Source: the human T2T-CHM13v2.0 reference genome, Homo sapiens. Taken from it: a stretch of 64,000 bases of DNA. Shown piece by piece: positions 13,479 through 25,409 of this stretch. The stretch is from assembly GCF_009914755.1 (NCBI RefSeq), contig NC_060925.1; one strand, given 5' to 3'. The position numbers were made by a program, and so were the translations under genes. Numbering within the stretch: position 1 is the first letter of the stretch; each line of letters opens with the position of its first letter. The notes below the pieces were generated by a model, which saw only the letters and a program-made list of their open reading frames with translations, was not told the origin of the DNA and did no database searches.

Positions 13479-13675
13479 GCAGGTGACCTGGTCCCTCCTT
13501 CTTTTTCTGGCCACATTGCTTTTCATTCCACATCAAGCCCCGTGGGACACCCACACTAACCTCTACCTAACCAGGCTTTCTTCCCCAGGCATTTGTATAT
13601 ACTGTTGCCTTTCCATGGAACACCCTGTAGCCCGATATCCACGTGCCACTCACACCCTGTCCTTTGCCAACTCCT
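13479..13675 (+). repeat. 197-bp dispersed direct duplication, copy 2
   Basis: About 97% identical to 12362-12558, offset 1117 bp. Confidence 0.97.
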
Positions 13676-14265
13676 CTTTGCAGAGAAGAGGTGACAGGGA
13701 GGAAACCAGCAGAGGATTAGAGTGAGCTAATTTACCCACATGTATGATGATAAAATGCTAGGGGAAGAATTGACGTAGGAGTCTTCTGGTCCTATCCCCC
13801 CATACTACAGAGGAGCCTGAGGCCACTGAAGTGCTCCGGGGCCCACACTGGTTACAGGTGAAGCCAAGGCTTGGGCCCAGGTCTCCTGACACAAGTCAAG
13901 GGGCTGTTTCCTCTATGCCACCCTGGTTTTCTGACTCTTATTTTTTCTAAGAATGCCCTGATGTTTTATTTCCATCTATATAAAAATGCTAGCATGATGA
14001 TGAGAGCCACTCAACAAGATTAGGAAGAGTGGGCACACACCCACCTGGATTAATCTGGTCCTCAGGCCTTCCCAGTGTATAGAATTCCACCTTCAGAGAT
14101 TCATTCATAGAAAATCTTCCCTCTCCACCAATTGCTTCTCCTCTCCTAGCTTACATGGTGGTACCTCTTAATGTATCTTTTGGTACACCCAGGCTCATCT
14201 GTCATCCTCACTATATTGAGAATAAGATTATACAATTCTTTCCTGGAAATAGATGATAGAGAGTG

Positions 14266-14739
14266 TGTGCTGGGTTGATCATGTCCCTTCCCTCCATCCC
14301 CCAATTCATGTTATTCCTGGAGCTTCAGAATGTGACCTTATTTGGAAAAAGGATCTTTGCAGATATATTAGCTAGTTAGGTCATACTGAAGTACAGTGGG
14401 CCCATAATTCATTATGACTGGTATCTTTATAAAAAAAGGAGATGAGACAGATACAGAGACATACATGGAGAAGAACTCCATGTAACAACAGAGACAGAGA
14501 TTGAGGGAAGCAGAGGTTTCAAAAGCAAGCCAAGAAATGCTAAGGAGTGTCTGCAAACCACCAGAAGCTGGGACGAGGTGAAGAGATAGTCCCACTACAG
14601 GTTTCAAAGAAATCTTGGCCCTGCTGACGCCTTGATTTTGCGCTTCTAGCCTCCAGAACTGTCAGACAATATAATTTCTGTTGTTTTAAGCTGCTCAGTT
14701 TATGACACTTCATTACTGCAGCCCTGGGAAACTCATACA
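14266..14739 (+). mobile_element. MLT1C-like MaLR solo LTR
   Basis: 'cagaatgtgaccttatttggaaaaaggatctttgcagat...ccaccagaagctgg...gcctccagaactgt...aaactcataca'. Confidence 0.9.
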
Positions 14740-15870
14740 GACAGCCTAAGGGAATGGTGGGCTCCTGGGGTAGGGAATGGACAGCCACCAAGAGGCAGAT
14801 GGAGCAACGTGCAGAGAAGATAGAGTTCCAAAGACAATCGTATTCTATTTCACCATGGGGTCACTAGAGGATGGGGCCCCCTTCTTCAGTACTAAGGGAA
14901 GACCAGCCTTCAGCTGAGCACCTCCTGCTCCAGATTTCCCACTTGCCCGGTTTTCTGGGGAGCTGCTAGATGAGGAAGCTCAATTGCACCTCTAGGGCCT
15001 CATCCTAAGCTTGGCCAGAAGTACTGGTGCTCCAGCACCAAGGAGCTAGCATCCATTGCAGCTTAAGAACTCTAGGGAAGAAGGGACCTCTACTTACCTG
15101 AAAAAGCTCCCAAGAGCCTTGAATAGCCACAAATTTGGCTTCTACGATTCCCAAGTCAGCTGTGATAGTCCTTTCTGATGTTTTTTTCCTTTCTTTTCAA
15201 ATAACCCTCAACTGTGAAAAACAACAGTGTGATTTTTCTGCCCATTCTTTCTGTAAAATATCCCTTCCTAAGTGCCAGAGAAACAGAATATCATGAACGC
15301 AAAGACTGTAGCAGAACTAGATGTTGGGCCCTGTCAAAGCGAATATGTAATGGCTGGTAAAGGGGGACACAGGAGTGGTGTTGGCTCGCTGGCACTAGCT
15401 TGCACTGGGTCTGTTAGCAGCATCTGGGGAAATGTGCTTTTTTGGCCTGTAGGCTGCCACTGCTCCTTGCAAAAGCCCTAGTGTAGCGGAATTCCCAGAG
15501 GCCTGAGCTCCAGACTGGCTCAGCCAGGCCTGTGTGCTCCACAGTTGCTGTAGGAAGTAAGAGTGACTCTGAGCAGAGCCTTCCCATGGGATTCACCACC
15601 CTGTTCTCAATAGAGAATGTTTCTGCTGCTGTTAAAGGGCTCCCCACTACTTCCAGCCTTCGCCTGTGAGAGCAGGCACTGCAGAAGTTGATTGCAACAG
15701 CAGCATCAGAGCAGACGGGACTGAGACTGGTCCACTTTCTGCAGAGGGCCTGATTTCATGGTCAGCAAGGGTCTCTGAGCCTTCTAGCCCATCCCCTCCT
15801 ACCCCCAGCCATCTGCACATCTCCCCACAGGCTGAAATGATATCAAACCAAACAAGGACAAGATGCTCCT

Positions 15871-16234
15871 GGATATGGCTTGGCTCTGACCCCACCCAAA
15901 TCTCAACTTGAATTGTATCTCCCAGAATTCCCAAGTGTTGTGGGAGGGACCCGGGGGGGAGGTAATTGAATCATGGGGGCCTGTCTTTCCTGTGCTATTC
16001 TCATGATAGTGAATAAGTTTCACGAGGTCTGATGGGCTTATCAGGGGTTTCCACTTTTGCTTCTTCCTCATTCTCTCTTGCCACTGCCATGTAAGAAGTG
16101 CCTTTCACCCTTCACCATGATTCTGAGACATTCTCCAGCCATGTGGAACTGTAAGTCCAATTAAACCTCTTCCTTTTGTAAATTGCCCGGTCTCGGGTAT
16201 GTCTTTATCAGCAGTGTGAAAATGCACTAATACA
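15871..16234 (+). mobile_element. THE1A solo LTR (MaLR)
   Basis: 'gatatggcttggc...cccacccaaatctca...ttatcaggggtttccacttttgcttcttcctcatt...actaataca'. TSD ctcct/ttcct. Confidence 0.92.
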
Positions 16235-16687
16235 TTCCTGTTCGTCTTCCCTCTCTTCTACCATTCCCCAATCCAGAAGTAGGTTTTGATAACTATGATC
16301 GTGCAAAGGTCATTAAAATCTCACCCAAGCAGGTCATGACTGTGAAGTAGCTGCTTCCAGAACCATATCACCCACCTCCAGCTCTCTTTCTGCTGCTCCC
16401 TCAGTGCTGAGCTGCTATCCTCTCTCTTCTGCCTTCTGGGTGGGCTCTTGCATTTCATAGCTACCTTCTTGGGTTGCCCTAACCTCAATACCCTTTTGCT
16501 CTAAAACAATCCCTCCCTGTCCCTAATTCTCAACAAAAACCATTCTTCATGGCAGCCTTCAGTTAGTAATTGAGAAGAAAGCAACTGAGAGAGAAATTGA
16601 AATAAACCGTATATGTTTTCTAATGAGCTTTGTGTATTTATACATATGTCTTATTTATATTTGTGTCTTAAAATACTAGTTACCTAT

Positions 16688-17125
16688 TGTGGTAGATTCA
16701 ATGCTGGGCCCCAGAAGATATGTCTATGTTTTAACCCTCAGAACTTGTGAATGTGACCTTGTTTAGAAAAGGGTCTTTGCAGATGTAATTAAGTTAAGGA
16801 TCTTGAGATGAAATCATGCAGGATTATCCAGGTGAAGCCTCAATCCAATGACAAGTGATAAAAGGCAGAAGAGAAGAAAAACACAGAGGTGAAGGCCATG
16901 ACAGAAGTTAAGATTGCAGTGATGTCACCACAAGCCAAGGAATGCCTGGAGCCCCCAGAAGCTGGAAGAGCAAGAAAAGATTTTTCCCCTAGATCCTTCA
17001 GAGGAACCTAGATCCTGTTATCACCTTGATTTTGGACTTCTGGCCTCCAGAACTCTGAGAACATAAAATTGTCTTGTTTTAAGCCACAAAGTAATTTGCT
17101 GTGCCAACCCCACCAAACTCATACA
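16688..17125 (+). mobile_element. MLT1C/D-like MaLR solo LTR
   Basis: TGTGGTAG...ATACA ends. Contains 'gggtctttgcagatgtaattaagttaaggatcttgagatg' and 'ggacttctggcctccagaact'. Confidence 0.9.
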
Positions 17126-17204
17126 CTTGTTAATCTAAACTAACAGTATTGCTGCCTCTTGGGCATATAACTTGTGATTGACATGGCAAGAGGACAAAGC
17201 AGAA

Positions 17205-17660
17205 TCTCATGGAATAAAAAGCCCTGGATTGAGAGTAAATGCCCTGTGTTGTTCAAACTTTGACTGTTTCTTACCAGTGCACAAGCTGGGATGAAAAACT
17301 CTGATCCTTAGATCAGAGTTTATAAAACTTGTTCTCATTTATAAAACTTGTTCTGTCTGCCTCACAGCATTGGTGTAAACATCAAAACAGAACAGTGGAT
17401 GGGGATGGGCTTTAGCTTTATAAATTTCCATATACTTGAAAAGGAGTTACTAGCTTCAGAAAGACGGAGTTCAAATTCTATTATTATATCAGTTACTAGT
17501 TATGTGATTTTGAACCACAAATTTCTCATCTGGTAAAAATGGCATAATGATACTCATCATATCGGAACATTGTAAAGATTAAATGAAATTACGAGTAGTT
17601 TGCACCAGGCTTAGAACTTGATAGGCCATCAATAAATTATAGCTCTAATTGTAATGATCA
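17205..17660 (+). mobile_element. Two adjacent MIR relics
   Basis: 'gccctggattgagagt...ctgcctcacagcattggtgtaaacatcaaa' and 'gagttcaaattct...ttactagttatgtgattttga...tttctcatctgg...gattaaatga'. Confidence 0.65.
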
Positions 17661-17987
17661 TCATAATTGCCATCCCCCATCCTTACCCACCCCACCCCCA
17701 AAATGACTAAGATCAGTTCTACTTTCAAGTTAATCTGAGGCTCTCCTAACGTTTTTACACAATCAGATGTGTTCTTTGGAAACACAACTTTTCCTATTGG
17801 AGAGAGCTCAAGAGAGCTGTCTTGGAGGAAGCTGCAAATTTCTAAGAAGACTTTGGCCTTTACCATAATAGCCACTGAGAGTAATGAGAGGTCTGTAAAA
17901 GCCGAAGAAGCCAGCAGTCTCAGCTGCCCCAATCCACGATAGTCAGAATGAGCCAGGACCACTGGGAGAAACACCTCCAAATTATAG

Positions 17988-18172
17988 CCAGTGGCTCTCA
18001 AACTGTGCCTTAGAATCTCACAGAAGGCAGGTGAAAAAGCTTATTTCCTTGGAAGCCATGGCAGAGATTCTGATTTAGTAATTCTGGGCAGGGAACTAAA
18101 AATATGCTCTTTACCAGCATTCCAGGTGATTCTGATGCCATTGTCTGCAGACCACACTCTGAGAAATGTTGC
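17988..18172. mobile_element. MER5A/B MITE
   Basis: 'cagtggctctcaaact...cagagattctgatttagtaattctggg...ccaggtgattctgatgc...accacactctgagaaa'. Confidence 0.8.
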
Positions 18173-18379
18173 CATAAGGCAGCAAGGAAAATGTGTTTTC
18201 AGGGTTTATCTTTCTCCCCAGGGTATCAAGTCCCAGAGCTGTGATTTGGTGTGGAGGGAACCTCTCCTACAGGTTCCTAGAGCCTTTTTAGGATCTCTGA
18301 AATCTGTGGCTTAGATAGTACTTTGCTTGAAGGCCACTTAAAGGGACCTATGGGGAAGGGGTAAAGAGTGGCACCTTTT

Positions 18380-18520
18380 AGGAGATATACCTAATGCTAA
18401 ATGACGAGTTAATGGGTGCAGCACACCAGCATGGCACATGTATACATATGTAACAAACCTGCACATTGTGCACGTGTACCCTAAAACGTAAAGTATAATA
18501 ATAATAAAATTAAAAAAAAA
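18380..18520 (+). mobile_element. Extremely 5'-truncated young L1 (L1PA2-4 type 3' end) with 16-bp TSD
   Basis: 'aggagatatacctaatgctaaatgacgagttaatgggtgcagcacaccagcatggcacatg...' plus poly-A. TSD aagagtggcacctttt (18364-18379) / aagaatggcacctttt (18521-18536). GAG rather than ACA/ACG at the diagnostic site, so not L1HS. Confidence 0.96.
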
Positions 18521-19201
18521 AAGAATGGCACCTTTTTTTGCGCCATTGTTAATATTTTAGCTCATATGAGCTCATTGGGTGGTTTCCAGCTGAGAGCTGG
18601 AGAAACCCAGTGTCACTGGGTTTGAAGCTTGTGCCAACACTGGGCAGCTGAGGAGCAGGGACAGACAAAGGGAAGAGGAGCAGCAGAGAAAGAATGAAGA
18701 AGTGCTGGGGACAAACTTCCTCTACAGCACTTTGCAAGTTGGCCCAGTGCCAGCCTGGAGGGAGATGGAAAGAGAAGCCCATCCATCGTCTTCAATGGTG
18801 GTGCCAATTCATTCCACTTGTCTATCAGATCCCTCTGGGCCTGCAGTGGGGCTTCTTGTGGCCATCGAGGTTAAGTCATGAAGGACACTTATCTCTGGGA
18901 CTCTGTAGAAAACAAAAGAAATCTCATTTTCTCTCAAATTTAATTTTACCTTGTGCTCTGAGAGTGTGATCCTATCAGGGCTGGAGTGTAATAGCCCCAT
19001 TGGAGTGGATCAGATTGGATTTTCTATAGCACCTGAGAGCTCCCATGTGGCAGGCACATCCTGCCTCAGCTGTCTGCGGTGCACTGGGCTTCTGAGAGCG
19101 TAGGAGATGATTCGCCTCCTCTCCATCTCCAGCAACTGATCTTGTCTCTCTGCTTTAACATATGGCCAGAGGTACTGAGGCACTGAAAATGTCCTACAGA
19201 T

Positions 19202-19257
19202 CCAGGCTAAGATGTTTCTATCATAGGACCCCAGGCTACGATGTTTCTATCACAGGA
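19202..19257 (+). repeat. 29-bp-period tandem duplication
   Basis: ccaggctaagatgtttctatcatagga / ccaggctacgatgtttctatcacagga. Confidence 0.9.
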
Positions 19258-20969
19258 TCTCAGGGGAAACCAGATTGTTTTAAACTTTTCTAGCCACTGG
19301 GAGAAAATGATGCCAGGATCATAGCCTCATACTAGGCTTCCAAGAGTAGGCAGGAATGTCAGGCCAAGACAAGCAGCTCATGAACATTAAAAATGCAGAA
19401 ATGTGGAGGGCAGGCCTGCAGAGACTGGAATGCAATTAAACAGCCAGTGCGTGGCATTGCTGAGAACAATTTTTTTTTCTGTATAGAGATGTGGGGGAGG
19501 GGTGAGAAGAGGGGACAGGTGGGACTGGCCTCACTAAGCATCTGCAGTCACCAGGCTGGCGTCAAACCCTGAGCATCAGAGGGGTGGAGCTAGGAGCTAG
19601 AAGGCTGCAAGGGGTTGCAGGAACCTGAGGGCCTGGTGCGGCCTCAGAGTCAGTACTGAGAGATCAAAGCCAACACCATGGTCAAAGTGGAGATTTGGAA
19701 GCCAAGAATTTTACCAGTGGAAATAGGGTTAGAGGCAATTGCCAGATAATTGCTACAAAATAGCCTTGAGGGGTCTGAAGCTCACTTTTATCCTTGGATT
19801 GTTCTTAAAGAGCTAGAATGGGACAGACACAATCATTAGTAGGTAAATGAATGGAGATATGGACATAATACCTATAGAAAATAAAAGCGGTGATAGTTGA
19901 GGCACGGCTCTTCATTGTACAAATAAGTTATTATCAGCTCTTTAGGCTGAACCTCAGACCCATACTGAGTCCTGGGGAGGGACTTTCTGGTGTGTCCTCT
20001 GCCCAGGGTCATTTCCCAGGACACTCCCTAAAGCACACAGAGCTCTCTGGGGTCTGGAGACCTGCCTGCCACGGCTGCTGAAGTGCAGGCCCAAGTCTAG
20101 GAACAAGGGCTTTGCAGGTGGAAGACTCCAGGGGCTCCATGCTGAAAAAATATCAAGAGCGATAGGTTACTTTTATGCTCTGGACTCCAAGAAGAGATCT
20201 GAAGAGTAGCAAGGTCCCATTCTGCTTTAGAGAGAAGAGCCTTTACTTCAGGCCTGCAGAAAAGAGGAACTCTTGTCTTATCCCTAGAAGCTACAGATAA
20301 GTAAAGTCTTTTAATAGAAACTTTCCTGAAATCATGGTTCATTGAGTGTGTGTCTATCAGTAGCAAATCACAAGTTGAAAACAATTATGTTGTTCAGTTA
20401 TTTGATAATGATAACAGCAATCACAATTGATTAAGCAGCCGCCATGTAGCAGGCATGGGGTTAGGCGCTGTACATACTTCACTACTGGTCTACAGCAATC
20501 TGCAAGGGTTCAGGATGTGACTCCACTCGTTCTCTCTCTCTTTTCCTCCCTTCCTCCCTTTCTTTCTCTTTTATCTTTAGCAAATAGAAGAGTTTGGCAG
20601 ATAGGAGGGTTTTGGCCTCTGTTTCAAATATACTTCTTCAGGTGTTTAGGAGAATCCCTTTCCTACCACAGTATTTAGCTTCACTGTTAGGCATCCTTTT
20701 AATGAATAAAACACAACCTTTTATAACTGTCAGGGCTATTTCACACTAAATTTACTTGTGCTCCTAAAACTACCTGAGAATCCAGCTGAGCTCTGCTTGC
20801 AAAAAAAAAGGAAGCCGGACAGCTTATGAATAACAGGCTGAATTCGCACCAAACAAGGGGAGCAGGGCAGGGCCCAGGCCTCTGCATGGTCTATCCAGAC
20901 TGGTCATCCAGCTGCTCTGGAGAGAAAAGCAGGGGCAAGGAGATTCATTTAATTAATTTCGGCTTTATC

Positions 20970-21910
20970 TGATTCACAAAAAATAAAAAGACTGGTACTA
21001 CCCAGGACTGGGAAGGATGTGGGTCAGCGGGTGTTCTCAAATTTCAACGGCGCAATCTTTGTGAAATAGGACCTGGAATGTCCTATGAAAATAAAAAATG
21101 CCCAAGTCCAATCAGTCATCCCTCATTGTGAGACTTTAATACAGAAATATATATGTGTGCATGCAGATCTATAAACACATATGCACCTACATACATGAAA
21201 TGCATATATAGGAATATTTCTTCTGGCCTTATTTGTTAAGATAAAAGAAAACTAGAAACAATTGAATTCAGATTATGCAGAGAATTGTCAAATACATTTT
21301 GATACATCCTTACAATGGAATGTTATATAGCTATTTAAAAATAAATTACATCTACAGGTCTATAGCAAGCTTGTTCAATCCTTGGCCCACATGGCCCAGG
21401 ACAGTTTTGAATGCAGTCCAACCCAAATTTGTAAACTTTCTTGAAACATTATGAGATTTTTTTCTTTGGTGATTTTTTTTTAGCTCACCAGCTGTTATTA
21501 GTGTTAGTGTATTTTATGTGTGGCCCAAGACAATTCTTCTTCTTCCAATGTGGCCTAAGGAAGCTAAAAGATTGAACACCTGTGGCCTATATATTGGGGG
21601 TCAGTTTGCAGGGTAATGTGTAGTGAATGATTCCATTTGCCAAATCAGACAGAAAAATATATGCATGTGTATGAGTGTGTGTGAGTGTGAGGGTGTGTGT
21701 GTTTGTGTGTGTGATGTGTGTGTTGTGTATGTGTAAACATAGAGAAAACCATGGAAAGGACACACACCAAACTCTAAACATTGGTTTTCTCAGTCAAGAG
21801 GAATTGGGGGAGCAGAAAGATATTAGCTCTTTCTTTATGCTTCTCTACACTGCTTTATATGTCATAAACAGCATGTAATGCTTTTTGACTAAAAATGGAA
21901 TTTTAAAATC
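20970..21910 (+). mobile_element. Old L1M (L1ME-like) 3' region, interrupted by MER30
   Basis: 'aaggatgtggg...aaactagaaacaattgaa...tacatccttacaatggaatgttatatagctatttaaaa...tgattccattt...ggaaaggacacacaccaaact'. Confidence 0.65.
21366..21584 (-). mobile_element. MER30 (hAT-Charlie MITE)
   Basis: 'caagcttgttcaa...gttagtgtattttatgtgtggcccaagacaattcttcttcttccaatgtggcc...aaaagattgaacacc'. 8-bp TSD gtctatag/gcctatat. Confidence 0.92.
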
Positions 21911-22624
21911 ATGTTTAAGTATGTTTAGAAAAACCAGGAGGCATCTATCATTGCTAACAATAGCAATGTTTGACTAACTAGTACAATTTTTGCATTAGAG
22001 GAGATGGGTAGGAGGAAGTAAATACCATCAAAGTGCCCCAAGGGGCACTGGGAGAAGGAACCTTAGCTCTGTGGAAGATCTCAGCCTGGGCCTTCAGGGC
22101 CCATGTCACCCAAGCCCTTGCAGAGGGGCCATTTAATGAGGATACTCATGCAGTTTCATTATCCACAGGGTTGCTGCACCTGGTAGAAATTTTGCAAACA
22201 AAAGAAAAGCAGCTTTGGCAAAAGTACTTGGCAAATGTGATTCTTAGAGATGGTGTGAAGAGAACCAGTTTCTCTCTGTTCCCAAGGCTCCCCCGTGCAC
22301 TGTTGTCAACAACGGAGGACTCTGTAGGGCATCAGTGTGGGATGAAAAAGTGGAACACCCAGGCTCTCATCTCACCACATGATCATTGAGGTCACCCTTG
22401 CTCCAACAGAAACTATTATTTCAACATCAGATTATTTTATTTCACTTAGAAAATAGAGTCTATATGGGTAGACAAGGCTAAACAACAAAACTATCTGAGA
22501 TTTGAAAATGCTGGTAACCATGAATTAAGGATTGACTTTTGGTTAGATCCTGCAGAGACCAAGTACTTCTGTATATTTGTAAAGTATCTAATAATTTACA
22601 ATAAGTTTTGGTGTTAAAAACAAA

Positions 22625-22890
22625 ATAACATTAATATCAACCTTTATTAAATACCTATTTAGCACTGTGTACCTTATCTCTTTCAATCCTGAGAATGGCC
22701 CTGCAAGGTCTTATTGTGCCTATTTTCCAGATGAAAAAAACGAGATGGGAAGTTGGCGACCTGCCTAGGACCATACCGATGGTACATGGGAAAGCTAGAA
22801 CTGAAACCCAGAGCATCTGGTATCCATGACTCAAATCCAGAACCTCAACATTAAACTGAGACTCTCTCACTGTACCACACTGCCTCCCTA
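22625..22890 (-). mobile_element. MIR SINE
   Basis: 'cctattttccagatgaaaaaa...gacctgcctaggaccatac...gaaagctagaactgaaacccag'. Confidence 0.75.
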
Positions 22891-23499
22891 TACAAGGTTA
22901 TGATGTCTCTTCCCCTAAAGGAACAAATAGTCTTTGGTGGAGTTCTTGGCCATATACAGCTCACTGTAGGGAAGAAACTTCCACCATTCCCCAAGCTCCT
23001 GTCTCCATACCTTGTATACACTGTCCCCTCTATCTGGAATACCCACCCCCTCTTCCCTGCTTTACAACTATTTACTACTCATCTCAAGACCTGGCTCAAC
23101 TCCCCAAACTGAGTTAGTGCTACACATACATCCAGGCCTGGTTCAAACCTACATCCATCCTCTTCAATCCACTGCATATGCAATTATCATCTGTGGGGTC
23201 TTTCTATTATTCATACTTTAGTGTCTTTATGGATTTTCTCCTTAATTAGACTGTATGCATCTTGTAGGCCAAGACTTGGTCTTATGTTCTTTTTTTGTTT
23301 CCACTGCCCTTAGCACGCAGAACTGAGGTATGGCTGGCCCCCTTTGAGAGCCTATGTGTCAAATTACAAGGAAAGAAAAAAAAATAAAGATCAGAGGATT
23401 AGAGGAATGGTGGGGAAGAAGGAAAGAAATTATAGCTATGGGACAAGAGGTTTTGGTGACAAAGAAAACACATTTTGGACAATCCAGTTTGTGCTAAAA

Positions 23500-23660
23500 T
23501 TAAAATAGAAATGGCTTTCAAGGTGGCATATGTAATTACAATTAATTAAATATTCTGCTACCTAAATTATTTAATTACCAAATCTCACAGCCTGAGTTGA
23601 TTTAATCGCAAATGCCATAAAAATTAGGGAAGTGGTGAATGGATGGCCTCTTAGTACATT
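23500..23660. promoter_or_regulatory. Candidate homeodomain-rich enhancer (putative conserved non-coding element)
   Basis: No recognisable repeat. CATATG 23527, TAATTA 23533, TTAATTAA 23542, TAATTA 23572, TGATTTAAT 23598, GCCATAAA 23614. Confidence 0.4.
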
Positions 23661-23869
23661 CCATATTATAAATAGAACTTTCGGCCAGGAAAGGGAGGAG
23701 GAAAGCAGAGAGAAGAAGAGAAAGAGTGAGATAATGCTTGCTTATGCTCCAATCCGCTGACATTTTTGTCTCAGAATGGGAGAGGTGGAGGGAGGAAAGG
23801 AAGAATATTAGGGAATTGTGTTCACATCTTCCATAGACCAGATATGGTTCTGGCAACAGCAGGGGACAG

Positions 23870-24115
23870 CAAAAAGGCTGTGGGCTCAAGAGTCAGACAA
23901 ACCCAAGTTCAGCCCAGCACTGGCAGTTACTAGATGAGTAGACTTCCCTGACTTTGCTTTTTTCTTTCGTAGGACTGGGATGATGATGATGATGATGACG
24001 ATGATGATGATGATAAGGCCAACCCCATGAAGTCACTGTCAGATGAAATAAGCTAATCTATGTAACCACTTGACACAATGAATGGCCCCTGGGACACTCA
24101 GTGATTGTCAATTTC
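23870..24115 (+). mobile_element. MIR SINE containing a (GAT)n microsatellite (about 23979-24014)
   Basis: 'gagtcagacaaacccaagttc...gggatgatgatgatgatgatgacgatgatgatgatgataa...gatgaaataagctaatctatgtaa'. Confidence 0.75.
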
Positions 24116-25346
24116 TTGCTCTGATTTTGAAAAACGTTTGCTGTTTATATCAGTGGCAGGGAGGAAGATGGGGAGGAGGGCAGAGCTGTGTGCCCCCATG
24201 TTTCAGTTCCCCTGAATGATTGTCTTTCTGTGTAAGACAATGCAGATGCTGATGAAATGCTCACTTCTCTTGTCACCAGCTCTGCCGCCTTCCCTCCATT
24301 TCATCCAGCCAGCTGCCAACATCTCTTATCCCACATCCCCATCAGCCTTGCCCTCTGTCTCACCTGTGGATAACTCTGCCTTGTGTGTGGAGCCATCTAT
24401 TCTGCTGATGGGCCTTTATCATCTTTCACATTTTGTTTTCTTGGCTAAATGATTGTCTGACTATCTCAGATGAGTGGCTTATCTCAATAACCCAAGTGCG
24501 TGTGAAGAATGGAATATATCAGAGAGGAAATGTAAGTCAGTAGAGTGAAAATGTGGGCGTTGTTTGGGACTTAGTATGTGGGAGCACAAGACAGGACTCA
24601 TGGGCTTGAAATATTAGAGTTGGAAGGGCCCTTAACACATCCCCCAATATTCCCTGTCTCCACCATCCTAAGTTCCAAGTATGGACACCGAGGCATGGAA
24701 ATGGAAAATGACTTGCTTGTTGTGCTCACAGAACTCCTGTAGCACCAGAAGTCAGTCCCAAGTTGCCACTCCTAATCGATATGCTTTTTTGATAAACCAC
24801 ACTGTCTTTTCATAGCACATTATAATTTATACAGTGCTACTTATTACCAACCGCCCCCTCAAAACAAACAAAAAACTAAAAGAGGTTGTCATGGCTATTC
24901 AAAGTTGCCCCAGCCCTCCTCATTCTCTTAATGGCAAAGGTTCCCAAACCAATATCCTAAAGCCACGGGTCCCTACCTAGCCCCTCCTCTGCTCCTTTGT
25001 GGGGTGCTACAGAGGCTGGCCAGGGGCACAGGGACAGGATCTCTAGTTTGTTAGACAGTTAATAAGGTATATCCCAGAAAACAAGAGGGCTGCTCCATCC
25101 TCACATACACCCAGAAGCTAAAGCCATGTGTGAGGGTCACCCTGCAAGGAGCTGGCCCAACAGGTCTGACTTAGAGGCCAGCTCTGACTTAGAAGCTTTC
25201 ATTGCACCTGGGCATATCTGGAAGGTTTTCGACTTTGAGCAGCTGGAGCAGCTCCATCTCGAGTGTGTTCACCAACATGTGTGCAAACAAAAGGTCTCTA
25301 ATTTTTCTCTTTAAACTTTGCCCCAGGGCAGTGAATGACCTCTAGT

Positions 25347-25409
25347 AGTTTGGAAATTCTCCAGTTGGGATTTGTCCTGGTTTTAACATTTGCCTGCAAC
25401 ATCAGCCAG
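25347..25409 (+). repeat. 63-bp dispersed direct duplication, copy 1
   Basis: Matches 27002-27064 with 3 C/T differences. Confidence 0.95.

Noticed and set aside
12285-13725. Two ORFs sharing 'QVTWSLLLFLATLLFIPHQAPWD...' that look like paralogous small proteins
   Set aside because: The similarity is entirely due to the 197-bp DNA duplication of L2-derived sequence, with no sign of coding constraint.
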